Below are positions 12,184-24,822 of a DNA stretch of 64,000 nt, one piece after another (the first letter of the stretch is position 1; each line of letters starts with the position of its first letter). Both the position numbers and the translations under genes were made by a program. The stretch comes from Callorhinchus milii (lineage: Eukaryota): NCBI RefSeq assembly GCF_018977255.1, contig NW_024704742.1, positions 126,482,001-126,546,000 of the forward strand, read 5' to 3'. The notes beneath the pieces are model-generated. The model was not told where the DNA came from, searched no databases, and saw only the letters and a program-made list of their open reading frames with translations.

Positions 12184-12419
12184 GTCAAGCTGGGTTTACA
12201 TAAATTCAGGGTCCTTGCCTCAACCACGCTTCCTAATAATCTGATTCAGTTGTTAATTACCTTCTAGATAAAGACATATTTCCTGGTGCATGTCCTGAAA
12301 TTGCTGTTTGCAATCCAATGTTCCGCTGTCATTTGGTTTAGCACTAATCAAGAGGAGCTGAGAAGAAATTCATTAATCAATCAGGCATGGTGCAGAACAC
12401 CAGGGAGCCCTAAAGAGAG

Positions 12420-12561
12420 GAAGAAAATAATATATGAATGTGGGATGGGGAAATACACAGTAATGCAGTCCATTGCTCTTTTCAAAGAGCCGGCACAAAC
12501 TTGATGGGCCAAATGGCCTCTTTTTGTGCTGTACGATTCTATGATTCTATGATTCTATGAT
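12420..12561 (+). mobile_element. CR1-type 3' tail
   Basis: ttcaaagagccggcaca...gatgggccaaatggcctc followed by (ATTCTATG)n, the typical CR1 terminal repeat. Confidence 0.75.
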
Positions 12562-12798
12562 TAGATGACTAATAAACAGTACCACATAGAAGTGAATCAC
12601 ACGAACATAGGAACATTGGAAAATAGGAACAGGAGGAGGTCATTCAGCCTATCAAGTATGTTCCACCAGATTATTAGATCTTGTCAGATGTTTTAATCCC
12701 AATGCCCTGCTCTTTCATCACATTCCTTAACACTTTACTGCCTGTATGTTCCATCCTTCTCTTGATCACTCTGGGAAGTTGCTTGAGTGAGGGAGAAA

Positions 12799-12802
<4 letters not shown>

Positions 12803-12829
<27 letters not shown>
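12803..12829 (+). repeat. (GA)n microsatellite
   Basis: Read directly. Confidence 0.95.
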
Positions 12830-14139
12830 TACCAACCGACATGAGAGGGAATGCCATTCTGTACCCCAGCAGAGGGCTGATGATTGTTACTATCTTGAGA
12901 TCAGATGATTCTTTCTTCCCTCTAACAGCTGTTAATATGTGACAGAGGCAGCAGAACCAAGAGAAAGAGGCTGGAAAACTGAAAGAACTGCTTACATCAG
13001 TCACAAAATAGGAACAAATGAGGTCAGAATATTTCCCTTTGAGGACTACACTACAATAACAAAATGATTTACAGATAAAGTCCAGGTTCCAATGGAAAAC
13101 CAAAGTTAGTCAAAATCACAGGCATTTATATTTCCTTAGTAGGTCAGACTACAGAGGGGTTCAACAAGTCAGTACTAAATCCCATTTCAGTGTCATTCAG
13201 ACTGTCACAAATTTTACCCACCAATTCATTAGTAAAAAATTACTGTGCAATTACATTTACAATTTACACTTATATGTCACCTTTCACTTCGTGAAGACAA
13301 CTCAAAATGCTTCATACAATAGACCAGGAGTCGGAGCTGGGAGGAGATGGAACTAAGGAGAGAGGGGGCAAGGAAGGTGGCCGAAAGCAAGGGAATACAC
13401 GCAACATAATTAACATGCGATAGATGTGGAGTCTGTTCAAAAATGAAATAGTTGGAATGAAGCAATGATCTGGCTGAAGTTTCTTCGTCTTGTTGATTTG
13501 TTGTTTTGTTTATGGAGTTGTTGCCCTGGTGCTTGTTCAGTGGGGAGGGGACAGAGCTGCAAATGCAAGTTATTGGAAATCGGTTGTCATTGTTGGGTAG
13601 AGGGAGCTGGAGAGAGTTAAGTCTAAGTTTCTCAATCCATTAGTAACCCAGACAGAGTACATTCTTTTGGTGAGCCAACTAACAAAATACCAAACCCCGT
13701 ACATACTTCATGTCATACTTTCTTTGGAGACATTATGGCGCTGTTTTCAATTACATTGGGCAACATGCCTTTCGCCCAAATCCGTTACTCTCTTACTGTA
13801 TCATTTGAAAATGTTGTGGACTTATATGTGGGCTTTCATTTTCTCGAAAAAAATTGGGCTGCCGTCTGTGTCCCCATGAGAGACAACAGTAGCAGCAATA
13901 ATGATGGCTGTACTAATGTTACTAGAAAGAGAGTGCCAGCATAGTCCCCACAGGCCAGGTTCATAGCAACTAAAACAACAGAGGCTCAAAAATCTCTCAT
14001 CTTCTTGGCCTTTAGAACATTGCCTTAAAACTCAAGATGGTTCAGATATTTGAAAAGTTATTAATTCAGTCTTGATTTGGAAGTTTTTCTTCCAGAGTTC
14101 TTTTGGTTTTCCTCAGCCCCCTCTGAAGGTTGACTACAA

Positions 14140-14510
14140 TAACAACAATAACTCTCGCATTTGATATAGTGTCTTTCCTGTCGGGAGGACGTCCCAAAGC
14201 ACTTCACAGGATATATTGTAATGCGCAGGGACTGTGTATTTTGTAGGTAAACGTGGCAACAATTTGGACACAGCAATGTCCCACAAAGAGCCATAAAGTG
14301 GATGACCCATTTTATTTTGGGATCTTTAACATCCACCTGAAAAAGCAGATGGGACCTCAGTTTAACATGTCAACTGAACAACAGCACCTGTAACAATACA
14401 GTGCACTGCCAGCATTGGAGTGTCAGCCTAGAGTAAATGTATTCATGGTGCTTGAACCCACAACCTCTGACTCAAAGATAAAAGTGCTACCAATTGAGAC
14501 AAGCTGACAC
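14140..14510 (-). mobile_element. Older Deu-core SINE copy
   Basis: Reverse-complement tail, Deu core and head. Confidence 0.75.
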
Positions 14511-15033
14511 ACATTAACTAAACATTGGCTTTTCTGCAGAGCTGTGTGAAACCATTCTTGTCAAGTCGGGGGGGCAGGGTACTCAGTCCCAGAGCTATCA
14601 TTAAAGATATTAAGGACCATTTTTTTGAAGATACATTTTAACCACATTTGGTCTGTACTTGTGTTAATTATCGACCTACTTTATGCATTTTACGCACTTC
14701 ACAATCAGAAGAAGGTGTCATCTTGGTTCAGTTAGTAGCAGTCTCGTCTCTGAGTCAGAAAGGTGTTCACATTGCGGAGTGTCAGAAGGTGATTCTCAAA
14801 ATTGTTCAAACTATTTACAAATGGTAGTTATGGTCCTAAGAATGATCCCTCTGGTGAACCACTGGTACTGGCTTGGAATCATATGAAGGCAAATCAACAT
14901 GAAATGATAGGAGTATTAAAGAAGATTAGAACTCTCCTCTTCCAAGCTTGAGTCTATGTCCATTTGTTGTAGACCCCAATATATCTACACACAGCCATTA
15001 CTTCTCAAATGAGAATAGTTAGCACCCATTTGG

Positions 15034-15833
15034 GTGCCAGCCTGACTTAGATGGTGGCACTCTTGTCTCTGAGTCAGAAGGATGTGGGTTCAAGCCCCAC
15101 ATTAGGAGTTTGAAATCATATGTGAAGTCCTATAGCTCAGTGGTTAGAGCACCCTCACAAGAGAAAGACCTGGGTTTGATTCCTAGCAGGGTGAAATGTT
15201 GGGTAAGTTTCACATGCCTCTGCTTACCTAGCAGTAAGCAGGAACCTGGTTGTTAGTTGATTGGCGAATCGTTTTTCTGGAGTAATAATTCTTTAAAAAA
15301 ATAATAAATTGATCACTTCAATCAACAACTGTTTGTAATACACTGCTGTGTGCAATTTGCTGCCGCATTTCGCCCACAAAATATGCAGTCAATTCACTTT
15401 ACAGTGTATTCTGTGAAGCCCTTTGAGACGTCTCGAAGATGTGATAAGACTCTATATCGAATCCAAGGATTATTATTATTATGATATAGTCCACGCTAAC
15501 ACTCCAATGCAAGTGTTGGGATTGTGTTGGGATTGTGCTGCATTGTTGGAGGCGCCATCCTAAAATGAGATGTTAAACCTGTCTGTCTGTTCAGTTAGAT
15601 GTTAAAGATCCCATGAAACTACTCAAAAAGAGAAAGGAGTTTCCCCCAGTGTTCTGGCGAACAATCCCCCAGATAAAATTGGTCTTTCACTTCATGGCTG
15701 TATGAGGGATATTGCAGTGTGCAAATTGGCTGCATTATTCATTTAGAGATACAGTCACTATATTTTAAGGTAAATCCTGTGAATTGCTTTGAGATGTAAT
15801 AAGACCCTATATCAAATGCAAGGATTATTATTA
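15034..15833 (+). mobile_element. Older Deu-core SINE split by a younger SINE
   Basis: Head at 15034-15120 (gagtcagaagg..gtgggttcaagcccc); body resumes at ~15485 and runs to the tail. Confidence 0.75.
15122..15480 (+). mobile_element. Full-length tRNA-derived SINE (nested)
   Basis: Box A TAGCTCAGTGG, box B-like GGTTTGATTCC, Deu core and (ATT)n tail. Confidence 0.88.
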
Positions 15834-16629
15834 CAGAGGAAAACTGAGTTAACACTATTTTATTCATTACAATGGTATTTATTATAATGCAGGACATTTG
15901 CTTTCAACTAGGCTTGGTATCTTACAAGCTGGTTTGGTAAATGACAATCTTGGGTCTGAAGAATTGTCCCCAAATTCAGAAAACGAGTTAAAGTAGCGGC
16001 TACCTTATTGGTGAAAAGTAAGTGGTGGGGATTAAATGGTGCAGTCAGTTTAGGGAACTCACTCATAAACCAGCATACAAGTCAGATTCACTTTATGAGA
16101 AACATAAGTCACTTGTTTTCCCATATTGTGAAATTCCACATTTTGCAATATTTAAAGACTTATTGTGACTCTGCAGCAGGCTAAAATAACAAGTCTTCCT
16201 TATTTGCCAATTCAATTGAAACTAGTTGGCATCAAATCTGGAATTGCTGACGTCACATCTAGCCTTTAAAGTTATAAAAGGTATAAGAAAGCTCCAGCAA
16301 CAATTTCTGATCCCATTTTAATAAACACAGAACCTCTATTGACAGGTTTGTACATTTCATAGATTTATTTTGACTAAAAAATGAGGAAAGACATTGGTGC
16401 AGCAAATTGGTGCTGTATTGCTTCTTTCTTAATTCAAATATCAAAGGCCAATGCAAACCAAACCAAAACTAGATCCATAGAGGATCATTGTTTGAAATAT
16501 CATTGCTAGCATTAGATTGCTGGATATTTTATGCCCTCAGGCTCTACCCGTAGGTCAGTGATGAGTCAAAACAATGGATCTCAGAAGATGTTCTTTGGTT
16601 CCCTAGAATACATGGAACTGAACAGATAA

Positions 16630-16820
16630 TAAACCCTCAAGAAAAAAAAACAATAATAAAAGTGGTCACTTCAATCCACGATTGTTGGGACATGGCTGTG
16701 CGCAATTGGCTGCCACATTTCGCCCACAAATATACAGTCAATTCACTTTACAGTATATTCTGTGAAACACTTTGAGACGTCTAGAAGACGTGAAAAGCGT
16801 TATATCAAATGCAAGGATTA
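16630..16820 (+). mobile_element. SINE 3' half, followed by a short reverse CR1 tail (16821-16872)
   Basis: Deu core and tail, then acataacatagcaagtaggagcaggagtaggccattcg. Confidence 0.8.
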
Positions 16821-17689
16821 ACATAACATAACATAGCAAGTAGGAGCAGGAGTAGGCCATTCGACCCTTCGATTATTTATTATATTATAACTGAAGCCAT
16901 GACATAAGATTTGCACATGCTACGTGTGGTCTCATGGTGTTGCAAATCCAGCCAAAGACTGCTGATGTAAAAGGATTCTAGCAGAGTTGTGAAGAGACAT
17001 TTCAAGATTTAGAACAGCAAAGATGCTGCAAGGGTGCTATGGTTGCCATTTCCTGCAAGTTGCTAGTGCAGATTAGCTGCTGTGTTCACTTTAAAGTAAC
17101 TCTTTACAGTATATAGGGGAAACAGTATATAGTCTGGGATACGACATGTCAAGTGACTGCCAAAACTAGGTGGACCCTGGTTTCAAGGTCCATCTTGTTC
17201 GCCTTCCGCGATCCTTCTTTTGCCTAGCAAATTCTTACGTTCTTATCTTCTTAACTCTTTGCATGAAACATTTTTGAGACATTTTGATGCAATTATGGTG
17301 CTGTATCAAACACAAGCATTATTATTATAAGACTAGACAAATTTGAACACTTCAAAAGGAAAAAACACCTAACACATCTAGATTCCTTACCTAATCAGAA
17401 AGAGGTAAGTAGTTATAGTTGCAAAGTATTTGATGTTTTCTTCCTATAATAATGGCATTAGGCTACAACATACATGTCTAGACACTGCACTTTACAGCGC
17501 ATTATGTGAAGCACATTGAGACTTCTTGTCATAAAAGGGGCACTATATCAAATGTAAGGATTATTATTACGATTTAGGCTTTTGCAAAATCCAATGTTGC
17601 CTGACAGTGTCATCAGAGGTCTTGGAGAGAATCTGTTCCAGTTTCATTGTACGGTCAAGAAACAAGAATCATTGCATAGCCAATGAATC

Positions 17690-17880
17690 CATCAAGAGGA
17701 GGATTGGTATTGCAACTTGTAAAATGCTGAAGGCTATGTCAGATTCGTGGAATCACTTTGAACCAAAAGTGCGCATTAGAGGTAGTTACGTAGCACTGAA
17801 TGGATTGTTCTTTCAAAGAGCCAGCACAGACAGAGTGGGTCAAATGGGCTTCTTCTGTCTGTAAATATCTTTAGTTCTAT
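17690..17880 (+). mobile_element. CR1 3' end (old)
   Basis: tttcaaagagccagcacagac..tgggtcaaatggg..ttctat; homologous to the 3' UTR of the CR1 at 21658. Confidence 0.6.
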
Positions 17881-19024
17881 AGAGCATGAGGAAGCAGGGA
17901 TTCTCAAGTGTCTAAACAGTATTCAAGATTGATAATGAACATGGGAAGATTAATGCCTGTTCTCAAATGTCACAGGACTTGTCACACACACAGATTTCAA
18001 TGCATTTGTCCATCTTTCGACCAGTATTTTGCATTTTATGGTGCCATGTTTGTTACAGTATTTGCTGCCAAATGTAGTGACCGTTTTTTGTAATCAGACA
18101 ACACCAGCCAACGTATGCACAACAAGGTCCCACAAACAGCCATGAAGTGAATGACCATTTAATCTTGTGGATTGTTGGTCAGTACCCTGGGGAAAAGTTC
18201 TTTCTCTTTTGAAATAGTGTCATGGGATCTGCAAAAAGGCAAGCAGGATCTCCGTTTCACAAATCATTTGAATGACAATGCCTCCGACATTCTAGCACTC
18301 CTCAGTACTGCACAGGAGTGTCAGCCCAGACTATAATTAAGGTGGAGTTTGAACTGAGTGTGTACAATAGTATGAAGCATACGATATGAAGTCTAAGGAA
18401 AGGCTTAACTTTACAGTCACTCTACTTGGCTGTGGTTGGTAAACATGTGTGTCACATTTTTCTGTTTCAATGTTTGTTTCTTTGTTTATGTGAATTAATA
18501 AAGCATGAAATGACTCAGTACGTTCTATGCCAATAAATTGTTCTTTCATTTGATCCCAACGTAGCCTGCCTGCTTGTGTCATTTGAAAGTTAGACGTCGC
18601 CAACACTGAATGATCTCTCACGATTAAAGAAGTGAAGTTGTGTATTGTTTTCAACTTTCGAAAGAAGGTGGGAGGGGTTTGCCATAAGAGAAAACATGTG
18701 TCAAAGCAATGAGCTCATTCATAGCACTGTGATAATGTGTCACAACTTTCAAGCCATACTACTGAGATTAAAGTAGCCTGAATATATGCAAGAAATGAGG
18801 AAAAGGCAAGTTTTTTAGACATCGTTCACATGGTTTATTTTTTCCCTCATTAATTAAAATGGTTCTGATCATTTACTTACCAAACTTGAACTGTTCCAGC
18901 CTGAATGATTGATTGCATTTTCAGTTTTGGTGGGATGAGTGTACTGACACTTTGCAAATGCCTTAAAATGTTTGTTTTTCACAGTAAACTCCACCTACAG
19001 TAAACTCCACCGATCACTTTTACA

Positions 19025-19170
19025 GGGGTAATAATTCCTTTAAAAAAAATACATTGGTCACTCAATCCACGACTGTTTGTGGGACACTGCCGTGAGCAAT
19101 CGGCTGCCGCGTTTTGCTTACAAAATATACAATCAATTCACTTTACAGTATATTCTGTGAGGTGCTTTGA
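19025..19170 (+). mobile_element. SINE fragment, tail-to-tail with the next copy
   Basis: Deu core and partial tail. Confidence 0.8.
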
Positions 19171-19171
19171 G

Positions 19172-19468
19172 ATAATAATAATCCTTGCATTTGATATAGC
19201 TCTTTTCATGTCTTTTCGACTTCTCAAAGCGCTTCACAGAGTAGACTGTAAAATGAATTGACTGTACATTTGTGGGCCAATTGCGCACAGCAGTGTCCCA
19301 CAAGCAGTCGTGGATTGAAACGACCAATTTATTATGTTTTTTTTTCTTGAGGGATTATTATCAGGCATGTGGAGTAAGGAAACTTGCCCAAGGTTTCACC
19401 CTGCCGGGAATCGAACCCAGGTCTTTCGCTTGCAAGGCGAGTGCCCTAACCACTGATCTACAGGACTC
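19172..19468 (-). mobile_element. Full-length tRNA-derived SINE
   Basis: Reverse-complement box B (ggaatcgaacc), head gagtcctgtag, Deu core and tail. Confidence 0.88.
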
Positions 19469-19754
19469 AAAATATTTTTCTTTTGCTCCTTTCACTTTCC
19501 AACCGTCCCCCATTTCAGGCCAGCGAGGACCCAAAGGATCGCGAAACAAACCAAAGGAATGAACGTGGAAACCCAGTGTTGTGTGTGTCTAGGCTGGGCC
19601 AGGCATCAAAACCTTTTTGACTGCTGTTTTGAGGCAGTTTCTGGACTGGTTTATCCAGAGCTGAGTCATTTCCGTGGGCCGCTGGAGATGACCCAGCAGA
19701 GCAAGAGGTGAGTATCACACATTGGGCACATCCCCAAAACTCAGGATCTTACTC

Positions 19755-19932
19755 ACTCAATCCCACTGCCTTGCCCCCTCCTTTCCCATCTTCAGGTCAC
19801 GACTGAAGAACTTTCTCTTTGGACGGTGCTTCCAGTCAACTCTGTCCAGCTTGGCGACAGGCACCGCCACTGTTAAGCTCTCTGGGATGCTACCCTGTAC
19901 GAGGGCCACTGTATAAATGTAAGTTGTTGCTG
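19755..19932 (+). mobile_element. L2 3' end
   Basis: FRSRLKNFLF C-terminus, same 3' UTR as 10940-11090, (GTT)n tail. Confidence 0.75.
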
Positions 19933-20579
19933 TCATTCCTTCAGTATCCAGTGCATCTAAAAGATGTCTCGAAAAGACATGATAAGGCGCCACATCAAAT
20001 GCAAGGATTATACATATGTGGAACTCTCAGTCTGATTTGGATACTCTTAAGCATGTTGATGGATTTCTGCAGGTATCAGATACCCAGCTGAGCCACCAAA
20101 AAAATCAGTATAGTTCCAAAATCAAATCATCTCTGTCCCATTTACCTCCAACCAGAGAAAGACACTCTCTGCTCCCCTGCCAGTAGCAAGTATAAAGCAT
20201 TTTTGGAGACTAATCCACATTTCCATGTTGCATTAGTTTCCTAAGGATTTCTCTCTTTAGTCAAAAGGTGTCTAATTCCTTTTCATACACTTAAGACTTC
20301 AGTAACACCAGAGTTCCACATTACCAATGACTAATGTGGCATTTTGCAGTCTGAGACAAAGGGCATCCATCCGGACACTATCAGACATCATATTACCAAA
20401 ATAAGCCACTTATTTCATGTGAAAGTTATTTTTGTGGCTGAGTTCCAAAATACCAACATAGGATATGAATCCTGAAACTGGTATAAGATGAATCTTTCCA
20501 TTGATGCTTTTCTTATGAACTGCGAAGTCTACGGTAATACTATTACCTGAATAATCCTGACAACCTTTATATATATATA

Positions 20580-21358
20580 TCTTTATACTAAGAAAACGAC
20601 AATGTCTGTCTGCGCTTCAAGAAGGATCTCAATAACTGATTGACATAGAGGCGTGATTTATACCTTATAAGAAAGGTCTTGCTCTTGGGAGTGACATGTG
20701 GATTTTTGTTTTCAGGTATCTCTTATCGTTCATGAGTTCTAACCTAAAATGTATTCTAGTTTTGTGTTTTTCGCTGCAGTTACACCTGGTGGCCACCGAG
20801 TCAAAGTGACTCGAAGTGGAACCGTGCGTCACAGAGCACCTACGTTTGTCGCATGCACTGCAGCTACCATGGTAGCAGTGCAGGCTGACCCTGGCGCTGC
20901 GGCATCCTGCATCACAGAGCACGCACGTAGCCAAACGGCGGCAGGAACAAAATAAAGAGCACAGACGAAGCTAAGCCGCGGCAACAACAACAAAATTACA
21001 TTTTTAAAACGCATTTCAGTTCGGGAGGACGGCTCAGTGATTATAAATTATATATTTATCATTATAAAGATGCCTAAGCAAAACCAAACCTTTCAAGGAT
21101 AAGTAAAAATGCTTGACAAAAGAGAGAAGGCTTATTAAATTAAACTGAAAAACAAAGAACAGAGCGGCAGCACTTCAATGCTGAAAAGACTGCAACAGCA
21201 CGCCAAAATGAGTTGCCCACTCAAAGAACAACACAGACAAAATGAGTCCTCCCACAGGAATCCTCCCAGATGAGTATAGATCAAGATGAAATGTCTATCT
21301 GTGTGTCTGTCTGTGTGTCAATCTACATTCCATATTAGATCCTTTTGGGTGCAGCTAG
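20580..21358 (+). mobile_element. Non-autonomous Helitron
   Basis: Begins TC (TCTTTATACTAAGAAAA) after A20579, ends CTAG before T21359, weak subterminal hairpin atcc-tttt-gggt, AT-rich flanks, no TSD; decayed basic ORF start at 21070. Confidence 0.75.
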
Positions 21359-21451
21359 TATTATATATATGTATACATAATATGTAACACACATGAGAAA
21401 ACAGAGTCTGCATCTAAAGTAATTTGTAGTAATTCTGTAGAGGTCTTAGAG

Positions 21452-21615
21452 ACTTGGTGGCCAACTTTTATAGCTGATCATAATTCAAGAAATATTCAAT
21501 CAGGACAAAACTTGAAACCAAGCATTGTTTTAAAACAGACTCACCTAGTGCAGGCCACTTCTTGATGGCCCCGCAGGCCACTTCTGGCCCATGGGCCATG
21601 GGTTGGCCACCACTG
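21452..21615. mobile_element. hAT-type MITE
   Basis: TIRs ..tggtggccaac / gttggccaccactg; 8-bp TSD tcttagag (21444-21451) vs tctaagag (21616-21623); subterminal ggccc/gggcc motifs. Confidence 0.75.
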
Positions 21616-21657
21616 TCTAAGAGGATATTACCAATAACTTACCAATGGCTAAGATAC

Positions 21658-22113
21658 ACAGTCATAGAATTATAGAATTATACAGCACAGAAGGAGGGCA
21701 TTTGGCCCATCATGTCTGTACCGGTTCTTTGAAAAGAGCTATCCCACTCACCCGCGCTCTCCTCATAGCCCTGCAAACTTGTCCTCCCCAAATAATTATC
21801 TACTTCTCTCTTAAAAGTTGTTATTGGATCGGCTTCCACCACCCTTTCAGGCAATGCATTCCAGATCCGAACAACTCGCTGTGTGAAAAACTTTCTCCTC
21901 ACCTCCCCTCTGTTTCTTTTAACAACTATTTTAAATTGGTGTCCTCGGGTTACCATTGGAAATAGTTTAGCCTTGTTCACCTTATCAAATCCCCTCATAA
22001 TTTTGAAAACTTGTATTAAGTCTCCTCTTAACCTCCTCCTTCCAAGGAGAATAATCCTAGCTTCTCTAGCCTCTCCTGATAACTGAAGTCCCTCATTCCT
22101 AGTACCATCCTGG
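21658..22113 (-). mobile_element. CR1 LINE 3' end
   Basis: SYQERLEKLGLFSLE / RRRLRGDLIQVFKIM..FFTQRVVRIWNALP; (ATTCTAT)n-like tail. Confidence 0.92.
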
Positions 22114-22307
22114 TAAAAGTCACAACACTTAATAGTATATGCTGTGCAGTGCTTCGAGACATCTTGATGATGTGATAAAGCGCTATATAAAATGCAAGTA
22201 TTATTAATATTATTATCGAGAACAACATTGTAAAGGATACACATAAGTTTAAAGGTCATCTAAAATGTTACAGCTATTAATTCTCAAATGTACTTAGCAC
22301 ACATTTG

Positions 22308-22692
22308 GGGTCAGCCTGACTTAATTGGTAACACTCTCGCCTCTGAGTTAGAAGCTTGTGGGTTCAAGTGGAACGTTAAAACATCATCTAAGATGACACT
22401 CCAGTGCAGTGGTGGGGGAGCGCTGCATTGTTGGTCCATATGAACAAGCACATCTGCTTGGTCATATGGACATTAAAGATCCTAAGGTACTGTTTGAAAA
22501 GAGAAAAGAGTTTCTCTCAGTGTCCTGGCCAACAATCCCCCAAATACAATTAGTCATTCACTTTCTGGCTGCTTGCGGGACATTCCTGTGTGCAAATTGG
22601 CTGCCATATTTACCCCAAAAATGCATTTTATAATATATCCTATTTGAGAACATGAAAGGCACCATTATAACATGTAAGGATTATTACTATTA
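22308..22692 (+). mobile_element. Older Deu-core SINE copy
   Basis: Head, ttaaagatcc segment, core and tail. Confidence 0.72.
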
Positions 22693-24084
22693 TTTACCAC
22701 CAAAAAATGGAAAATATGCTCCAGTTGTGTTGGACCTCAGGAAGGATATCATGTACACTTTCAATTAGAAGATGTTCAAGGAAGTAGTGGAAGCCAAATT
22801 ACTGCTATTGTATTGGAAAAACACAATGACTATGTAATCTTCATACATCTTTCTTTCCAGTCAAAAGGATTTATCCTGATCTACAGAAGTAGTTTTTGGC
22901 AGTAATATTGATGATGTATTTGCAGTTCAATATGATCCTGATTTTTCCATCCTCACAGCAAAAATAAAAATAATTGTTGGTAAACATTGCATTGAAGGCT
23001 CAATGAGAGGAAATCATTTTTTAAAAGAAAATGATATAGACATAGACCCATAGTTCCACAATGAGAGTGCTAAACTCCCAACCATGACACAAATTCAGTT
23101 CTGAAACTCATTCCAACTCACTCAGATCTTGACTGGCAAATTTCATTAGTTTCTCAAATGCGATAGAAAGTGTTGCGGAGGTGAGGCATTCCCTCTCAAA
23201 TTGATGAAAACTGATATAGGCCAGTTCTGTCTTCATGAATCATGTCTCCTTGTTGGCTGACCACAGAATGACATTGGCAGTGACCACAGCTAAGACTACG
23301 GTTGAAATTATCGTATCCTCAAGGCTGGAGGAGGAAGATTAGCAGTAAGCAGTCCAATGTACCATCAGGGAGAAAAACACATGAAAGATTTGGGAAGAGC
23401 ACCAATTCTTTTAAAAAAAAGAAACTCTATGAACAACAAGGCCCAAGGAGCCTCCGAGGTTAACAGGAATGGGAGCCGAAGTTTGATTGTCACATTATTG
23501 CAATTAAAACCTCAAAAATGCCATCTTATTTTGAAGACTATTCTTTACTTAACGTTATAAATATTTTCCTCTTGCCTTTATTTTATTGATACGCTAGTAT
23601 CAAGTTTCTCACCCATGTTAAACTGTGCACTCACTGTGAGGACGATAGCACATCTCCTTTGACCGCTTACTTTGTGGGCTATGTTCTGCATTATGTATCC
23701 TATTCAAGCCGAGACAAGATTGTGCAAAAGCCTGGGGGAACAATAGGAATGTGCTTCTTTGATTCAACAAAAGACATTTTCAAAGTCAAAATCATTTGGG
23801 AGCTTTGTACAAACTACAGATCCGTCATTCACTCCTCCTACTGCTCTTGTGTTCTGCTGACTCTTTCTGGGCTGTTTTGGCAGATACAAACATAAATCAG
23901 TTTGCATAAAGTTTTCATCACTTGACCTCCAGAGTACACTGAGAACATTATCCAAGCATGATTGCATGATTTCAAACTGTCTTAAGGAATTTAACTGCTT
24001 TGTGCCATTCTTAATTTAAAGTGCCCTTGAGTTTAATCAGGTTTGAATTGCTTTTAAGTTTGCACAAAATCAGGTTTTCCCAAT

Positions 24085-24380
24085 GGCTCAGTCAGTTTCT
24101 CCAGTAATTAGCTGAGCCACACAGACTGAGTAGGTTCCAGGTGGTTCCACATCTGTGATAAGTTAGTTGAGTGGCAGTAAGAATGTTGCAGTTGACTTCA
24201 GTGGTTAGGGAGAAACATCAGGCAGGGTTCCTGCTCCTTATCTCTGTTGCTATCCTAGTAAACCAAATCCTAATCCTTACATTTGATATAGTGCCTTATT
24301 GACTATTTTGTGGGCAAACCTAGTAGAAAGGTGCCTGCAAGGACATCGGGTGAAAATGATAATGCAGCTGTCCCTCCAGC
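24085..24380 (+). mobile_element. Old SINE-like repeat (third family)
   Basis: gagccacacagac..ggttccagg..atcaggcagggttcctgctcc..gacatcgggtga; similar segments at ~38160-38400, 46730-46835 and 48990-49065. Confidence 0.45.
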
Positions 24381-24489
24381 TAAATAGTCTGTAAGCATTT
24401 ACTGTCAAAGCTCATGTAAATAATGGCCTCCTGGGTGAAGTATAAGTGACTTTTTTCTCCAGAAACACAAACCAGTAGAAGCATGTGTT

Positions 24490-24822
24490 CAGCTAGACTC
24501 AGTTGGCAGCACTTGGAATTTATAGATGAAGCTGGCACACAAGTGCAGTGCCTGAGACATGCTGCATTGTCAAAGGTGACTTCCTTTGAACAAGTCATTC
24601 AACCCAGAACCCATCTACCTGTTTAGGTGGATGTTAAACATCCCATGTCACTGAGTCATTCGCTTCATGGCTGTTTATGGGATATTGCTCTGAAAAAATT
24701 GGCAACCTCATTCATCTACAAAATATACCGTCATTATACTTTAGAATATATCCTGTGAAGTGCTTTGAGATATCCTCCAGACGTGACAGGTGTTACATCA
24801 AATGAGAGGATTATTATTATTA
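24490..24822 (+). mobile_element. Older Deu-core SINE copy
   Basis: ggtggatgttaaa..cccatg, ttcatggctgtt core and tail. Confidence 0.6.
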
